DNA from: Candidatus Flemingiibacterium sp.
GTDB taxonomy: Bacteria > Bacillota > Clostridia > Oscillospirales > CAG-272
Reading direction: 5' to 3'
Assembly (NCBI GenBank): GCA_045534235.1
Contig: JAZSJI010000085.1
Coordinates: forward strand, 1-47,336
Length of the DNA stretch: 47,336 nucleotides
A model generated the notes under the pieces. That model was given only the letters and a program-made list of their open reading frames with translations. It ran no database searches and was not told where the DNA came from. Shown one piece after another: positions 33,678 through 42,959 of the stretch. A program made the position numbers and the translations under genes. How positions within the stretch are numbered: the first letter of the stretch is position 1; each line of letters starts with the position of its first letter.

Positions 33678-36600
33678 GTGTACGACTTGTCAGGTAGAAC
33701 GAATACTGCGAGGGCTTTTAGACTTGTTGTTGTGCTATTATCCGCTCTTTTGATAACTGCTGTTTGCGCCGTATCTCTTTCGGCTGATGAAATGCGTATA
33801 ATATCCGGCTTCTCGGGTGAGGATAAGGTCTCGTGGATGCCGGGCGATAACGTCGCATCTGTGGGGCTTTCGGATTTTTCATGGGAGCAGGACGGTCACG
33901 CGTATAAGCGCTCATGTCTTGAGGTTGTCGGCAGGTACGCCCCGCGCGATGCTTTGCGTGCAACCGTAGCAAGCTTTGCCGAGCCGCTTGATCTTACCGA
34001 ATACCATACAATGTCATTCGACATTTACGTGCCCCTGCTCGCAAACGATAGCGACGCCGTATTCCTCGCACGTCTGACACTTGTTTCGACGAGTGGTGAG
34101 AGCACGGAGCATCTTCAGATAATCGAGGGCGGCAAGTGGACTAACATTGAGGCGTACATCGGCTCGTGGGACGCAAGACGCGACATCGCCAAGGCAGAGA
34201 TCGCACTTGCAATAGATACATCGCTTGGGGGCAGCTCGGTTGATCGCTTCTACGTGGACGATGTTTGCGTGTCCGATCCCGTAGACCGCGACATGACTGA
34301 GAGGTATCTGTTCGATGCATACAAGATTGATGGTGGCTCTGCGACAGTTGCAGAGGATAAATCCAAAATATCGATAGTATCCGACACCGAGGGGATGCTT
34401 TCGCTTGAGGCAACGGTGTTCACACCTGAGCTTGATTATTCGCTTAATTGCCTGCGTATCCGCCTCGCAAATTATACTGAAAGCGATACGCTTACGCTTC
34501 ACTATTCCACGTCCGACTCACAGGCAACCACCGAGGACAAGATCGTAACCGTACCGATCGAACCCAACTCGGACGTTCGTGACTATTTGGTATTTGTCGG
34601 TGACGCCGCACAGTTGCGAAGTATAAAGCTGATATTGAACTCGGCTGTGGGACATGTTGAGATAATTTCAATAAATGCGATAAGTGCATATGAGCCAAGT
34701 GAATATATCACCTGCGGGGAGCTTACGTCTTGCACCGTAAGCGACGATCTTGCTACGGTTAAATTTTCCGGCGTGGTTGACCGCGAAACAGCTATAAATA
34801 ACAGGGACGGATATATTGCGATATTCCCTCACGAATCGGAAACGCTTCCGAGCGCAGAGGATCTTTTGAAGCTTTCGCCTCTCGTGAAAACCCAGATGAC
34901 CACTCGCTTTGAACTTTTATGGAAGCTACCGAAGGACGGTACTTACGACATTACCACGCGTTTTCTTGCGGTATCGGTAGGAGAGAGTGGAGAGTATAGT
35001 CTTATATGTCCGCCGTTTTACATACAGAATGCGGACAAGATAGGCGATAAGTCAACTGCACTTGCTCCGGACGCAAAGGGCTTTGCATCCAATGATATTT
35101 CTATTGTTGGAAACGTTGGTGCAACGCTGACCTTGCTTGAGCTTGATGCGCAAAGACTTTTCGTGCAAAAAAGCGATGCGGAGCCGTACGTATACCGCGG
35201 TGAGGCATATTATTTCGACGGTGCGTATCTTGATGCGATTAATTCGAAGATGGACGTTCTGGCTGCTGACGGGGTGCAGGTGCTTCTGCGGCTTTACGGT
35301 TGGAGGCTTACTGATAGCGCGCGGCTTGATGCGTTTTATGCCGAGGACAGCTACGTTGACTACTCCAAGGTAAACCGCTACAATGACGGAGGCGATTATA
35401 TCGCCGCTATAGGCGCATATATAGCCGAAAACTGGGTGGCTGACGGCAAAATTGTGGGTGTTGTATTCGGTGAGGGCGAAAATATCGTCGTGGGACAGAG
35501 CTCACTTTCGGATATGGTGGAAAACACTGCAGACTGTCTGCGTACTCTCTATTTTGCCCTTGTACAGGCTAATCCCGAAATCAAGCTTTACGTTTCGCTG
35601 TCAGACCTTTATACATCTGACGTGCACATAAGTGACGGTGAAATAGGGCTTGATGTTTATCTGCCGGCGCTTACTTTGCAGACGGCACAGTACGGGCAGT
35701 TCCCGTGGGAAATAGCTATTGAAAAGGTATATCGCGTCGGAAGTCATTCGCGTGAGTACATAAGTGTGGATAACTCTGCTGCGGTCCGTGACGTTCTCAC
35801 GAACAACGGTGCCTCGGATAAGCATATGATATTCATCGACCATACGTATTTTGCTTTCGCAAGCCGTAAGGTCGACAATGTAACGAACTACGTTCTTGGA
35901 ACGTACGGTGCGTTGTTCTGCGATTACATCGACGCGTATATCGCCGCTACCGGCTCGCGAGCAGATGAGATAGTTGACAGCGTGCGGTACATATATACGG
36001 CCGAGGCGTATGCTGTTGAGAACGTAGTCAAGGCTGCACTTGAAATAGACGATTTTTCCGATGTTATACCGGGCTTTGACGGGGGCAAGATACCGAAAAA
36101 GCGTGTTGTGTTCAATACGGCAAATAATACTGCGCCTACCGGTACGCTTGGATCGTTTGGCTACTATCGCTTTGACGGCGTTTCCAGCATTGGCGGCCTT
36201 TCGCCGAGCTATTACAGCCGTGAGCTTCGCGTGGCAAACGATGGCGGAAACGTACTGAACGTAGTTCTTGACGCTTCACTCTGGGGCGACGTTTCGAGTG
36301 CATCTTGGCTTGGTATAGGGCACAACTTCGATATTACTGAGGATCTGACGCTTACACCGGTTCTTGCGATCACTCTTAAGGTGGAGGACATTTTACCGCA
36401 ATCCCTTTCAAGTGTTACGGTAAATGTGGTTTTGAAGGGCGAGAATGAGCGTTTTGTATCGAGTGCCGCCGTTGCAGTCGGCGAGTGGACTACGGTATAC
36501 GTTGACACGCACGGCTTCAAGTCGGCGAAGGATACCGAGAGTTTGCAAATATTTGTCGGCGGCACAAGCGTTTCAAGTGCGATACTCAAGATAAAAAGTA

Positions 36601-36797
36601 TAGACGGCTTGTCAAGCGAGTACAACGATGAATCTCTTGCCAAGGTCATAGCGAAAGCGCGCGAAAAAAAGGCTGATCCCGATGCGGGAATAGACTATGG
36701 CGCATATCTCCCCATAGCACTCGGAGTGCTTGTGATTGCTGCAACGGTTATCGTCGTAGTGATGCTTACAAAGAAAAGATATAAGGAAAACGAATAA
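33678..36797 (+). CDS. very large secreted, C-terminally membrane-anchored protein; distant paralog of 25417-27852 with extra N-terminal beta-sandwich modules
   Basis: GTG at 33678 (or in-frame TTG at 33687) after aagggcgg. Signal peptide RLVVVLLSALLITAVCAVSLSA. It shares these blocks with the 811-aa protein: IFPHES, YVYRGEAYYFDG, FPWEIAIE. It ends in a TM helix (LPIALGVLVIAATVIVVVML) followed by TKKRYKENE. Confidence 0.8.
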   Translation: MYDLSGRTNTARAFRLVVVLLSALLITAVCAVSLSADEMRIISGFSGEDKVSWMPGDNVASVGLSDFSWEQDGHAYKRSCLEVVGRYAPRDALRATVASFAEPLDLTEYHTMSFDIYVPLLANDSDAVFLARLTLVSTSGESTEHLQIIEGGKWTNIEAYIGSWDARRDIAKAEIALAIDTSLGGSSVDRFYVDDVCVSDPVDRDMTERYLFDAYKIDGGSATVAEDKSKISIVSDTEGMLSLEATVFTPELDYSLNCLRIRLANYTESDTLTLHYSTSDSQATTEDKIVTVPIEPNSDVRDYLVFVGDAAQLRSIKLILNSAVGHVEIISINAISAYEPSEYITCGELTSCTVSDDLATVKFSGVVDRETAINNRDGYIAIFPHESETLPSAEDLLKLSPLVKTQMTTRFELLWKLPKDGTYDITTRFLAVSVGESGEYSLICPPFYIQNADKIGDKSTALAPDAKGFASNDISIVGNVGATLTLLELDAQRLFVQKSDAEPYVYRGEAYYFDGAYLDAINSKMDVLAADGVQVLLRLYGWRLTDSARLDAFYAEDSYVDYSKVNRYNDGGDYIAAIGAYIAENWVADGKIVGVVFGEGENIVVGQSSLSDMVENTADCLRTLYFALVQANPEIKLYVSLSDLYTSDVHISDGEIGLDVYLPALTLQTAQYGQFPWEIAIEKVYRVGSHSREYISVDNSAAVRDVLTNNGASDKHMIFIDHTYFAFASRKVDNVTNYVLGTYGALFCDYIDAYIAATGSRADEIVDSVRYIYTAEAYAVENVVKAALEIDDFSDVIPGFDGGKIPKKRVVFNTANNTAPTGTLGSFGYYRFDGVSSIGGLSPSYYSRELRVANDGGNVLNVVLDASLWGDVSSASWLGIGHNFDITEDLTLTPVLAITLKVEDILPQSLSSVTVNVVLKGENERFVSSAAVAVGEWTTVYVDTHGFKSAKDTESLQIFVGGTSVSSAILKIKSIDGLSSEYNDESLAKVIAKAREKKADPDAGIDYGAYLPIALGVLVIAATVIVVVMLTKKRYKENE

Positions 36798-36802
36798 ACA
36801 TT

Positions 36803-37348
36803 ATGCTAAAACGGAATTTGAATACGGAAACTCCGATAGAGGACCTGCCGATACGGCTCTTCGGGGTTGTACGCGAGTCAATAGTTGACGGACCGCAGCT
36901 TCGGTACGTCATATTCGTGCAGGGGTGTCCGCATAAATGCTATAATTGCCACAACCCAGAGTCGCACGCATATGAGGGCGGCAAGGTTACCACGACTGCA
37001 AAGCTTTGGGCAGATATACAGAAAAATCCGCTGATAAAGGGCATAACCTTCAGCGGCGGCGAGCCGTTCCTTTGGGGACACGAGCTTGCGCTGATCGCAA
37101 GAAAGGCGCGGGAGCACGGACTTGATATAATGACTTACAGCGGATTTACGTACGAGCACCTCTTAAAAAAGAGCGAAACCGAGCCGTCGGTGCACGAGCT
37201 TCTCACAGAAACGAACTATCTTGTCGACGGCCGCTACGTTGATGCAAAGCGAGATCTTAGCCTTAAGTTCCGCGGAAGCACCAATCAGCGAATACTCGAC
37301 GTTACCTGCTATCCGAACTCAACGTCGGCACAGCAGATAGAGCTTTAA
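36803..37348 (+). CDS. nrdG: anaerobic ribonucleoside-triphosphate reductase activating protein (radical SAM)
   Basis: VDGPQLRYVIFVQGCPHKCYNCHNPESH (CxxxCxxC cluster) and GITFSGGEPF. About 180 aa, typical of NrdG. Confidence 0.88.
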   Translation: MLKRNLNTETPIEDLPIRLFGVVRESIVDGPQLRYVIFVQGCPHKCYNCHNPESHAYEGGKVTTTAKLWADIQKNPLIKGITFSGGEPFLWGHELALIARKAREHGLDIMTYSGFTYEHLLKKSETEPSVHELLTETNYLVDGRYVDAKRDLSLKFRGSTNQRILDVTCYPNSTSAQQIEL

Positions 37349-37390
37349 ACCAATAAACATAAAAATATATTTACACAAGGAGATATAAAA

Positions 37391-38557
37391 ATGTCTGACG
37401 CATATTTATCGCGTGGCGTTTCCGCCACCAAGGACGAGGTACACAGCGCAATATCGAAGCAGGATAAGGGTGTATTCGCAGGCGCATTCTGCAAGATTAT
37501 TCCCGACCCCTGCGGAGATCCAGATTACTGTGCGGCTATGCACGCCGACGGTGCCGGCACAAAATCCTCGCTCGCATACATAAAGTACAAGGAAACCGGT
37601 GACCTCTCCGCGTTTTATAATATCGCGCAGGACTCCGTTGTTATGAATCTTGACGACCTGCTTTGCATCGGTGCCACCGACGGATTCGTGCTTTCGAACA
37701 CTATCGGACGCAACGCTCACCGTGTAAACGGCGAGGCTATTAAGGCGGTTATCGACGGCTATACCGAATTCTGCGAAATGCTTGGTACGTACGGCGTGGG
37801 CATCACTATGTCCGGCGGCGAGACCGCAGACGTCGGCGATCTTGTAAACACGCTTATCGTTGACTCGACCTTCTTTGTAAGAATGAAGCGCAGTGACGTT
37901 ATCGACTGCGACAATATCAAGGCAGGCGACGTTATCGTGGGCTTTGCTTCCTACGGTAAGGCAAACTACGAGAAGGCGTACAATGCGGGTATGGGTAGTA
38001 ACGGTCTTACCGCAGCGCGTCACCTTATGCTCTCGCACGAATATGCGGCAAAGTATCCCGAAACCTACTCGAACACTATCGACGAGTCGAAGGTCTACTG
38101 CGGCGCGTACGGCGTGAACGATATTCTTCCCGGCACCGACGTTTCCGTGGTTGATGCAATCCTTTCGCCTACCCGTACATATGCACCCATCATCAAGGCT
38201 ATACTTGATGAAAAGCGCTCTGCTGTACACGGCATGATTCACTGCACCGGCGGCGGCCAGGCAAAGTGCAAGAATTTCGGTGCGGGCATCCATTATATCA
38301 AGGACAACCTTTTTGATACTCCTCCGCTTTTCGCGGCTATCTGGAAGAATGCGGATATCGGCGACAAGGAGATGTATCAGGTGTTCAATATGGGTCACCG
38401 TATGGAGCTTTACTGCGATGCGGCTGACGCACAGTTTATGATCGACACCGCAAAGAAGTTTGGCGTTGAAGCAAAGATCGTCGGACGCTGTGAGGCATCG
38501 GCTGACGGTAAAAATCACGTAACAATTACCGATAAGGGAAATACCTACGAATATTAA
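37391..38557 (+). CDS. AIR synthase-related protein / long-form phosphoribosylformylglycinamidine cyclo-ligase-like
   Basis: aaggag SD. LSRGVSATKDEVHSAI..FCKIIPD...MHADGAGTKSSLAYI. PurM N and C domains. Confidence 0.85.
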   Translation: MSDAYLSRGVSATKDEVHSAISKQDKGVFAGAFCKIIPDPCGDPDYCAAMHADGAGTKSSLAYIKYKETGDLSAFYNIAQDSVVMNLDDLLCIGATDGFVLSNTIGRNAHRVNGEAIKAVIDGYTEFCEMLGTYGVGITMSGGETADVGDLVNTLIVDSTFFVRMKRSDVIDCDNIKAGDVIVGFASYGKANYEKAYNAGMGSNGLTAARHLMLSHEYAAKYPETYSNTIDESKVYCGAYGVNDILPGTDVSVVDAILSPTRTYAPIIKAILDEKRSAVHGMIHCTGGGQAKCKNFGAGIHYIKDNLFDTPPLFAAIWKNADIGDKEMYQVFNMGHRMELYCDAADAQFMIDTAKKFGVEAKIVGRCEASADGKNHVTITDKGNTYEY

Positions 38558-38576
38558 TTTTCAGGGAGATGTGCGT

Positions 38577-39512
38577 ATGAAAAAAAGAATACTTGTCGTA
38601 AGCTCTGCCAACATCGATTTTGTTATGAAGGTGGGAAAGCTTCCTGCGGCAGGGCAGACAGTTATGGAGCCGCGAGGATATTCCTACGTGCCGGGCGGCA
38701 AGGGTGCTAATGCGGCGCTTGCTCTGGCACGCCTCGGTGCGGACAGCGTATTCTGCGCCAAGCTTGGAAACGATGCACACGCACAGCAGCTTCGTGCGCT
38801 CTATAATGACGAGGGGATTGATACGCGCTTTCTCCAAAACGACCGAAACGCCGCAACGGGACTTGCTTCGATAATCGTTGAGGAAAACGGTGTTAACCGT
38901 ATTATCGTTTATCCCGGTGCGAATAATAATCTCACCGTGGACGACGTTGAAGATGCGATGACTTGTTTGCCCGATGCGGTATTCCTTCAGATGGAGATTC
39001 CGGACGAGGCGGTTATTGCCGCAACTAAATTCGCAAAGAAGAAAAATATACCGGTATTTCTCGACACGGGCGCTACAAGACCGGACTTTCCGCTTGATTT
39101 GCTCGGACCGCTCGAGGTGATCTCTCCGAACGAGAGCGAAACCTTCACGCTTACAGGCATTATGCCGACAAATGCGACAGAGTGTCTTCGCGCGGCAGAT
39201 AAGCTTATGCAGCGTGTTGATGCGAAGTACGTCATTATAAAGCTTGGCGCTCGCGGCGCATATGTGTATAACGGCAAAATGTCGCGTCTTATTTCCGCGT
39301 ACGAAACCAATGTTGTTGACACTACTGCAGCAGGTGACGCGTTTACCGCGGCACTCACGCTTGAGTATCTTAATTCGGGCGATATATACCGCGCCGTTAA
39401 ATATGCGAATGCGGTAGGTGCTATAGTGGTGAGTCGCGAGGGCGCGTCTACTTCGCTCCCCACCGCGCGTCAGGTTGAAGCATTTATTGAAAGAAACGGA
39501 ATTGTATTATAA
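38577..39512 (+). CDS. rbsK: ribokinase (PfkB family)
   Basis: ATG at 38577 after gggag. Motifs VVSSANIDFV, GGKGANAA and DTTAAGDAFTAAL. Confidence 0.88.
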   Translation: MKKRILVVSSANIDFVMKVGKLPAAGQTVMEPRGYSYVPGGKGANAALALARLGADSVFCAKLGNDAHAQQLRALYNDEGIDTRFLQNDRNAATGLASIIVEENGVNRIIVYPGANNNLTVDDVEDAMTCLPDAVFLQMEIPDEAVIAATKFAKKKNIPVFLDTGATRPDFPLDLLGPLEVISPNESETFTLTGIMPTNATECLRAADKLMQRVDAKYVIIKLGARGAYVYNGKMSRLISAYETNVVDTTAAGDAFTAALTLEYLNSGDIYRAVKYANAVGAIVVSREGASTSLPTARQVEAFIERNGIVL

Positions 39513-39928
39513 TGGCAGAAAGAATTTTAGGCGTTGACTTCGGCGATCAGCGCACCGGACTTGCGGTAAGCGACCTTCTCGGTATGCTTGCAAACGGCAT
39601 AGGATACGTTAACTCAAACTATATGCCAAAAACCGTCGAGCTTGTCGCAGAGAAGGCAAAGGAGTATGGCGCCGTAAAGATCGTTGTAGGGCTTCCTATC
39701 AATATGAACGGTACGCTTGGTCCGCGTGCCGAGCACGCAAAGGAGTTTGCGGCGATGCTCGGCGATGCTACGGGGTTACCTATAGAGATGTTCGACGAGC
39801 GCTGCAGCACAATGGCGGCTCATCAGATACTCAACTTCACCGATACGCGCGGAAAGAAGCGTAAGGCGGCGGTCGACACGCTGTCCGCACAGATAATACT
39901 TCAGAATTACCTCGATTCAAAAAGGTAA
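39512..39928 (+). CDS. ruvX: Holliday junction resolvase-like RuvX (YqgF)
   Basis: TAATG overlap with rbsK. Motifs ILGVDFGDQRTGLAVSD and IVVGLPINMNG. Confidence 0.92.
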   Translation: MAERILGVDFGDQRTGLAVSDLLGMLANGIGYVNSNYMPKTVELVAEKAKEYGAVKIVVGLPINMNGTLGPRAEHAKEFAAMLGDATGLPIEMFDERCSTMAAHQILNFTDTRGKKRKAAVDTLSAQIILQNYLDSKR

Positions 39929-39932
39929 AAAT

Positions 39933-39970
39933 ATTCCCTTGAAATAACCCGAAGGTCGTTTCAAGGGAAT
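39933..39970. terminator. bidirectional terminator
   Basis: attcccttgaaa / tttcaagggaat, a 12-bp stem with a 14-nt loop. Confidence 0.7.
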
Positions 39971-39974
39971 GTGT

Positions 39975-40925
39975 TTATTGTTCGGTATCCTCACTCGGGC
40001 GCGTATCGCTGTAAGCGTAGAGATCGACTGTGTGTGTACGGTAATATTCCGCAAGCACAGCGCAGGAATCTCTGTTTAAGTGTATGCCGTCCTCAATCGT
40101 ATTTTCACTTGCCATTGTTCCGTCGTCAAGCGAGAACAGAGAAAGCGGATCAAGCAAAAACAGCCTGTTTTTTGCGACGTATTTTCTGATGAGCGCGTTG
40201 AATGCGACACACTTTTCATTCGTGATTCCAAAGAGTGTCGTTCTTGAAGCACGGTCGGTAACCGGAAGAACCAGCTGAACGTATATTGGCACGTCGGTTA
40301 CACTTCGGATATTCTTTATTAAGGTATCAAATGCAGCTATATATCCCTCCGGACTCCAACCAAGCTCGTTGAGCCCTGTTGAAATGTATATCGAGTGGTA
40401 GTTTCCACTTTCGAGCTCGAGTGCTTCAAGCACGGTATATTCGCGAAGGGCATTTGCTTCTTCGTCCTTCATTCGGATGTACGTCTTCGTATTTATAGAC
40501 GCGATATTTAGACCGGATGCCGAAAAATCGTAGCTCGGCTTTATGTTGGACAGCAGGATCAAGCCCTTAGTTCGCGAGTCACCGATGAATACGGTATCAT
40601 TAAAATAACTGAAGCTTACCGGTGCGCTTTCGGGTACCGGCTGCGTGAAATCGTACGGGGTGAGCGGCGGAGGAGGAATGTCGTCTTCGGTAAGATGTCC
40701 CTCGAGCACCGCATATTCAGCGGTAAGCGCCGGCTCTGGTGTCGGTGACGCTGCGTATTCGAAATTGTAATCGACGAACAGGAAAGAAGTAAACACCGCG
40801 GCCAAAATCAGCGCACCTATAGACACGAGAAGCTTTAGCAAAAGCGACACGATGCTTGCCTCGGGCTTTCCGCTTGACGGCTGTGAGCCTTGCGGATATA
40901 TATTCATTTGTGTGTGGCTTTTCAA
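39975..40925 (-). CDS. membrane-anchored SGNH/GDSL-family hydrolase
   Basis: TM helix IVSLLLKLLVSIGALILAAVFTSFLF. Motifs VFIGDSRT (block I), STGLNELG (block III) and EDGIHLN (block V). The start is TTG at 40925 (6 nt after aaagggggga) or ATG at 40907. The ORF-track start at 41000 lies upstream of the predicted transcription start. Confidence 0.75.
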   Translation of the reverse strand: MKSHTQMNIYPQGSQPSSGKPEASIVSLLLKLLVSIGALILAAVFTSFLFVDYNFEYAASPTPEPALTAEYAVLEGHLTEDDIPPPPLTPYDFTQPVPESAPVSFSYFNDTVFIGDSRTKGLILLSNIKPSYDFSASGLNIASINTKTYIRMKDEEANALREYTVLEALELESGNYHSIYISTGLNELGWSPEGYIAAFDTLIKNIRSVTDVPIYVQLVLPVTDRASRTTLFGITNEKCVAFNALIRKYVAKNRLFLLDPLSLFSLDDGTMASENTIEDGIHLNRDSCAVLAEYYRTHTVDLYAYSDTRPSEDTEQ

Positions 40926-40968
40926 GCGGATCCCCCCTTTCGTATGGCGTAATATTTTCCTAAAATCA

Positions 40969-40997
40969 ATTATAGCACAAATAAATACAACTTTCAA
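40969..40997 (-). promoter_or_regulatory. sigma-A promoter of the SGNH hydrolase gene
   Basis: Minus strand reads TTGAAA-17 nt-TATAAT with TGc. Confidence 0.55.
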
Positions 40998-41013
40998 CAA
41001 GAAATACGGAAAA

Positions 41014-41643
41014 ATGAAAATTAATTATCAATCTATCCTCGATACAGAACTTGAGAAAATTAAATCGGGCACAAGTGCGCCAAGGCTCCTTTTGCACGCG
41101 TGCTGTGCGCCTTGTTCAAGCTACGTTCTTGAATATCTTACGCGGTATTTCGATATTACCGTGTACTTTTACAATCCGAATATTACCGATGTGCTCGAAT
41201 ATAAAAAACGCGCTGATGAGCTTCTGCGTCTTATCACGCTTTTGCCGCACCAAAATAAAATAGAGCTTATCGTGTGCCCTCATACGCCCGAGCGCTTTTT
41301 TGCATTTACGGGCGGTCTTGAGAAACTTCCCGAGGGTGGCGCGAGATGCTTTTCCTGCTACAGAGAGCGCCTTGACGCGACCGCTCGCTATGCGGCAGAG
41401 CACGCAGGAGCGTACGACTATTTCGCGACGACGCTTACGGTAAGTCCGTACAAAAACGCGGCGAAGCTTAACGAGATAGGTGAAGAGCTTGCAGGCGAGT
41501 ACGGTGTGAGCTGGCTTGCGTCCGACTTTAAAAAGCGCGAGGGATATAAGCGTTCGATAGAGCTCTCTCGCGAGTACGGGCTGTACCGTCAGGATTTCTG
41601 CGGCTGTGAATTTTCGAGGCAGTACAAGTATGGAAACGATTAA
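41014..41643 (+). CDS. queH: epoxyqueuosine reductase QueH (DUF208)
   Basis: MKINYQ...LLLHACCAPCSSYVLEYL... and YRQDFCGCEFS. I use the ATG at 41014. The ORF-track N-terminus overlaps the divergent promoter. Confidence 0.88.
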   Translation: MKINYQSILDTELEKIKSGTSAPRLLLHACCAPCSSYVLEYLTRYFDITVYFYNPNITDVLEYKKRADELLRLITLLPHQNKIELIVCPHTPERFFAFTGGLEKLPEGGARCFSCYRERLDATARYAAEHAGAYDYFATTLTVSPYKNAAKLNEIGEELAGEYGVSWLASDFKKREGYKRSIELSREYGLYRQDFCGCEFSRQYKYGND

Positions 41644-42328
41644 GCTTGGCGACGCGCTATGCACAGTTAAACGCTCAAATCGGCGTACTGTCGGAATGCG
41701 CGTTGCAAAGGACGGCACACCCGAGATACTCGCGCCTAAATATGCAAGCACTGGCGAGCTGATTCGGTTGTGTGCACCGTATGAAGAAAAGCTCATCAAA
41801 ATGAGCAAAAAGCAGATAGAGATAAACGCAGAGAGGGAAGCGTTCTCGCTTTCCTACGGCTCGCGCGTACGAGTGCTTGGCGGCGAGCGTGAGATACGTG
41901 TGGGCAAGCGTGGCTTTATCAGCTATGACGATGAGGCGTTCAACGTACCGCCGAATCTTACCGGAGAGCAGATACGTATCGCGGTACTGAAGCTGTACAA
42001 GTTGCTTGCCAAAAACTATCTTGCCGAGCGTGCACTTCATTTAGCGAACACAATGGGGCTTTCCGTCAGCGCCGTAAAGATAAACTCCGCCAAAACGCAT
42101 TGGGCGACCTGCTCAAAAAAATCGTCGTTTAATTTTTCGTGGTACACCGTAATGGCAGAGCCCGCGGCAGTGGATTATATTATAATCCACGAGCTGTGTC
42201 ATATGCGTGAGTTCAATCATTCAACTCGCTTTTGGACAGAGGTGGAAAAATATTGCCCGGATTACAAACAGCACAAGGCCTATCTCAAGAGGCTGTGGCA
42301 GGAGATAATGCGCGAGCGCTGGGAATGA
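41630..42328 (+). CDS. YgjP-like metal-dependent hydrolase (DUF45 / M48-like)
   Basis: The ATG at 41630 overlaps queH by 14 nt. It carries the HExxH motif IIHELCHMREFNHSTRFW. Confidence 0.85.
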   Translation: METIKLGDALCTVKRSNRRTVGMRVAKDGTPEILAPKYASTGELIRLCAPYEEKLIKMSKKQIEINAEREAFSLSYGSRVRVLGGEREIRVGKRGFISYDDEAFNVPPNLTGEQIRIAVLKLYKLLAKNYLAERALHLANTMGLSVSAVKINSAKTHWATCSKKSSFNFSWYTVMAEPAAVDYIIIHELCHMREFNHSTRFWTEVEKYCPDYKQHKAYLKRLWQEIMRERWE

Positions 42329-42344
42329 CAACGCAAAATTCCTC

Positions 42345-42373
42345 TTGCAAAGTCGGATGCGGTGTGGTATAAT
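42345..42373 (+). promoter_or_regulatory. sigma-A promoter of the second ygjV-like gene
   Basis: TTGCAA-17 nt-TATAAT with TGg. Confidence 0.6.
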
Positions 42374-42408
42374 TAAGCTTAGTTAATTAATTGTTTTGAG
42401 GAATCGTT

Positions 42409-42942
42409 ATGAACTATATTGCACAGGCGGTCGGACTTTTCGCGGTGGCGACCTTCCTTTTGAGCTATCAGCAGAAAAAACGTAAAAATATAATTCTTCT
42501 TAACGCAACGTCAAGGGTGTTATACATAATTCAGTATATATTGCTCGGTGCCTATGCGGGCGCGGTGCTTGACATTCTCGGCACGGTTTCATCCGTAGCG
42601 GCGCAGAATAAGGATAAAGGCTTTATTAAACGGCACACAAGGCTGACGGTAGCTATTATAAATGCTCTGATTTTCGCGGCGGGTATCGCTGTAATGATAT
42701 TGACGCACGATAAATTCGGCCTGTTTTCGATAGCGGGCGTTCTTTTGCATACGAGCGCTTTCTGGATAAACGACGAGAAGATAATTCGAAGAGTATCCTT
42801 CCTCGGCTCGCCGTTCTGGCTCATTTACAATATCGCAAGTACAGCCTGGGGCTCGGCTATAGGCGACGTGCTGACGATGGTTTCTATAGGAATAGCAATT
42901 TACAGATACGATATAAAAGGCGTTAAAAATAACAAAGAATAA
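42409..42942 (+). CDS. YgjV-family inner membrane protein (second copy)
   Basis: [29 protein letters not shown]...[12 protein letters not shown]. The layout matches 11386-11910. Confidence 0.8.
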   Translation: MNYIAQAVGLFAVATFLLSYQQKKRKNIILLNATSRVLYIIQYILLGAYAGAVLDILGTVSSVAAQNKDKGFIKRHTRLTVAIINALIFAAGIAVMILTHDKFGLFSIAGVLLHTSAFWINDEKIIRRVSFLGSPFWLIYNIASTAWGSAIGDVLTMVSIGIAIYRYDIKGVKNNKE

Positions 42943-42959
42943 ACGGTAGGAGGACTACT

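Noticed and set aside
37406-38518. 370-aa minus-strand ORF
   Set aside because: It is antisense to the PurM-like gene. It has no motifs and no SD.
40932-40937. C6/G6 homopolymer inside the SD region of the SGNH hydrolase gene as a phase-variation tract
   Set aside because: Six residues is short for slipped-strand switching, and the tract is itself the SD (AAAGGGGGGA). There are no other contingency-locus features.
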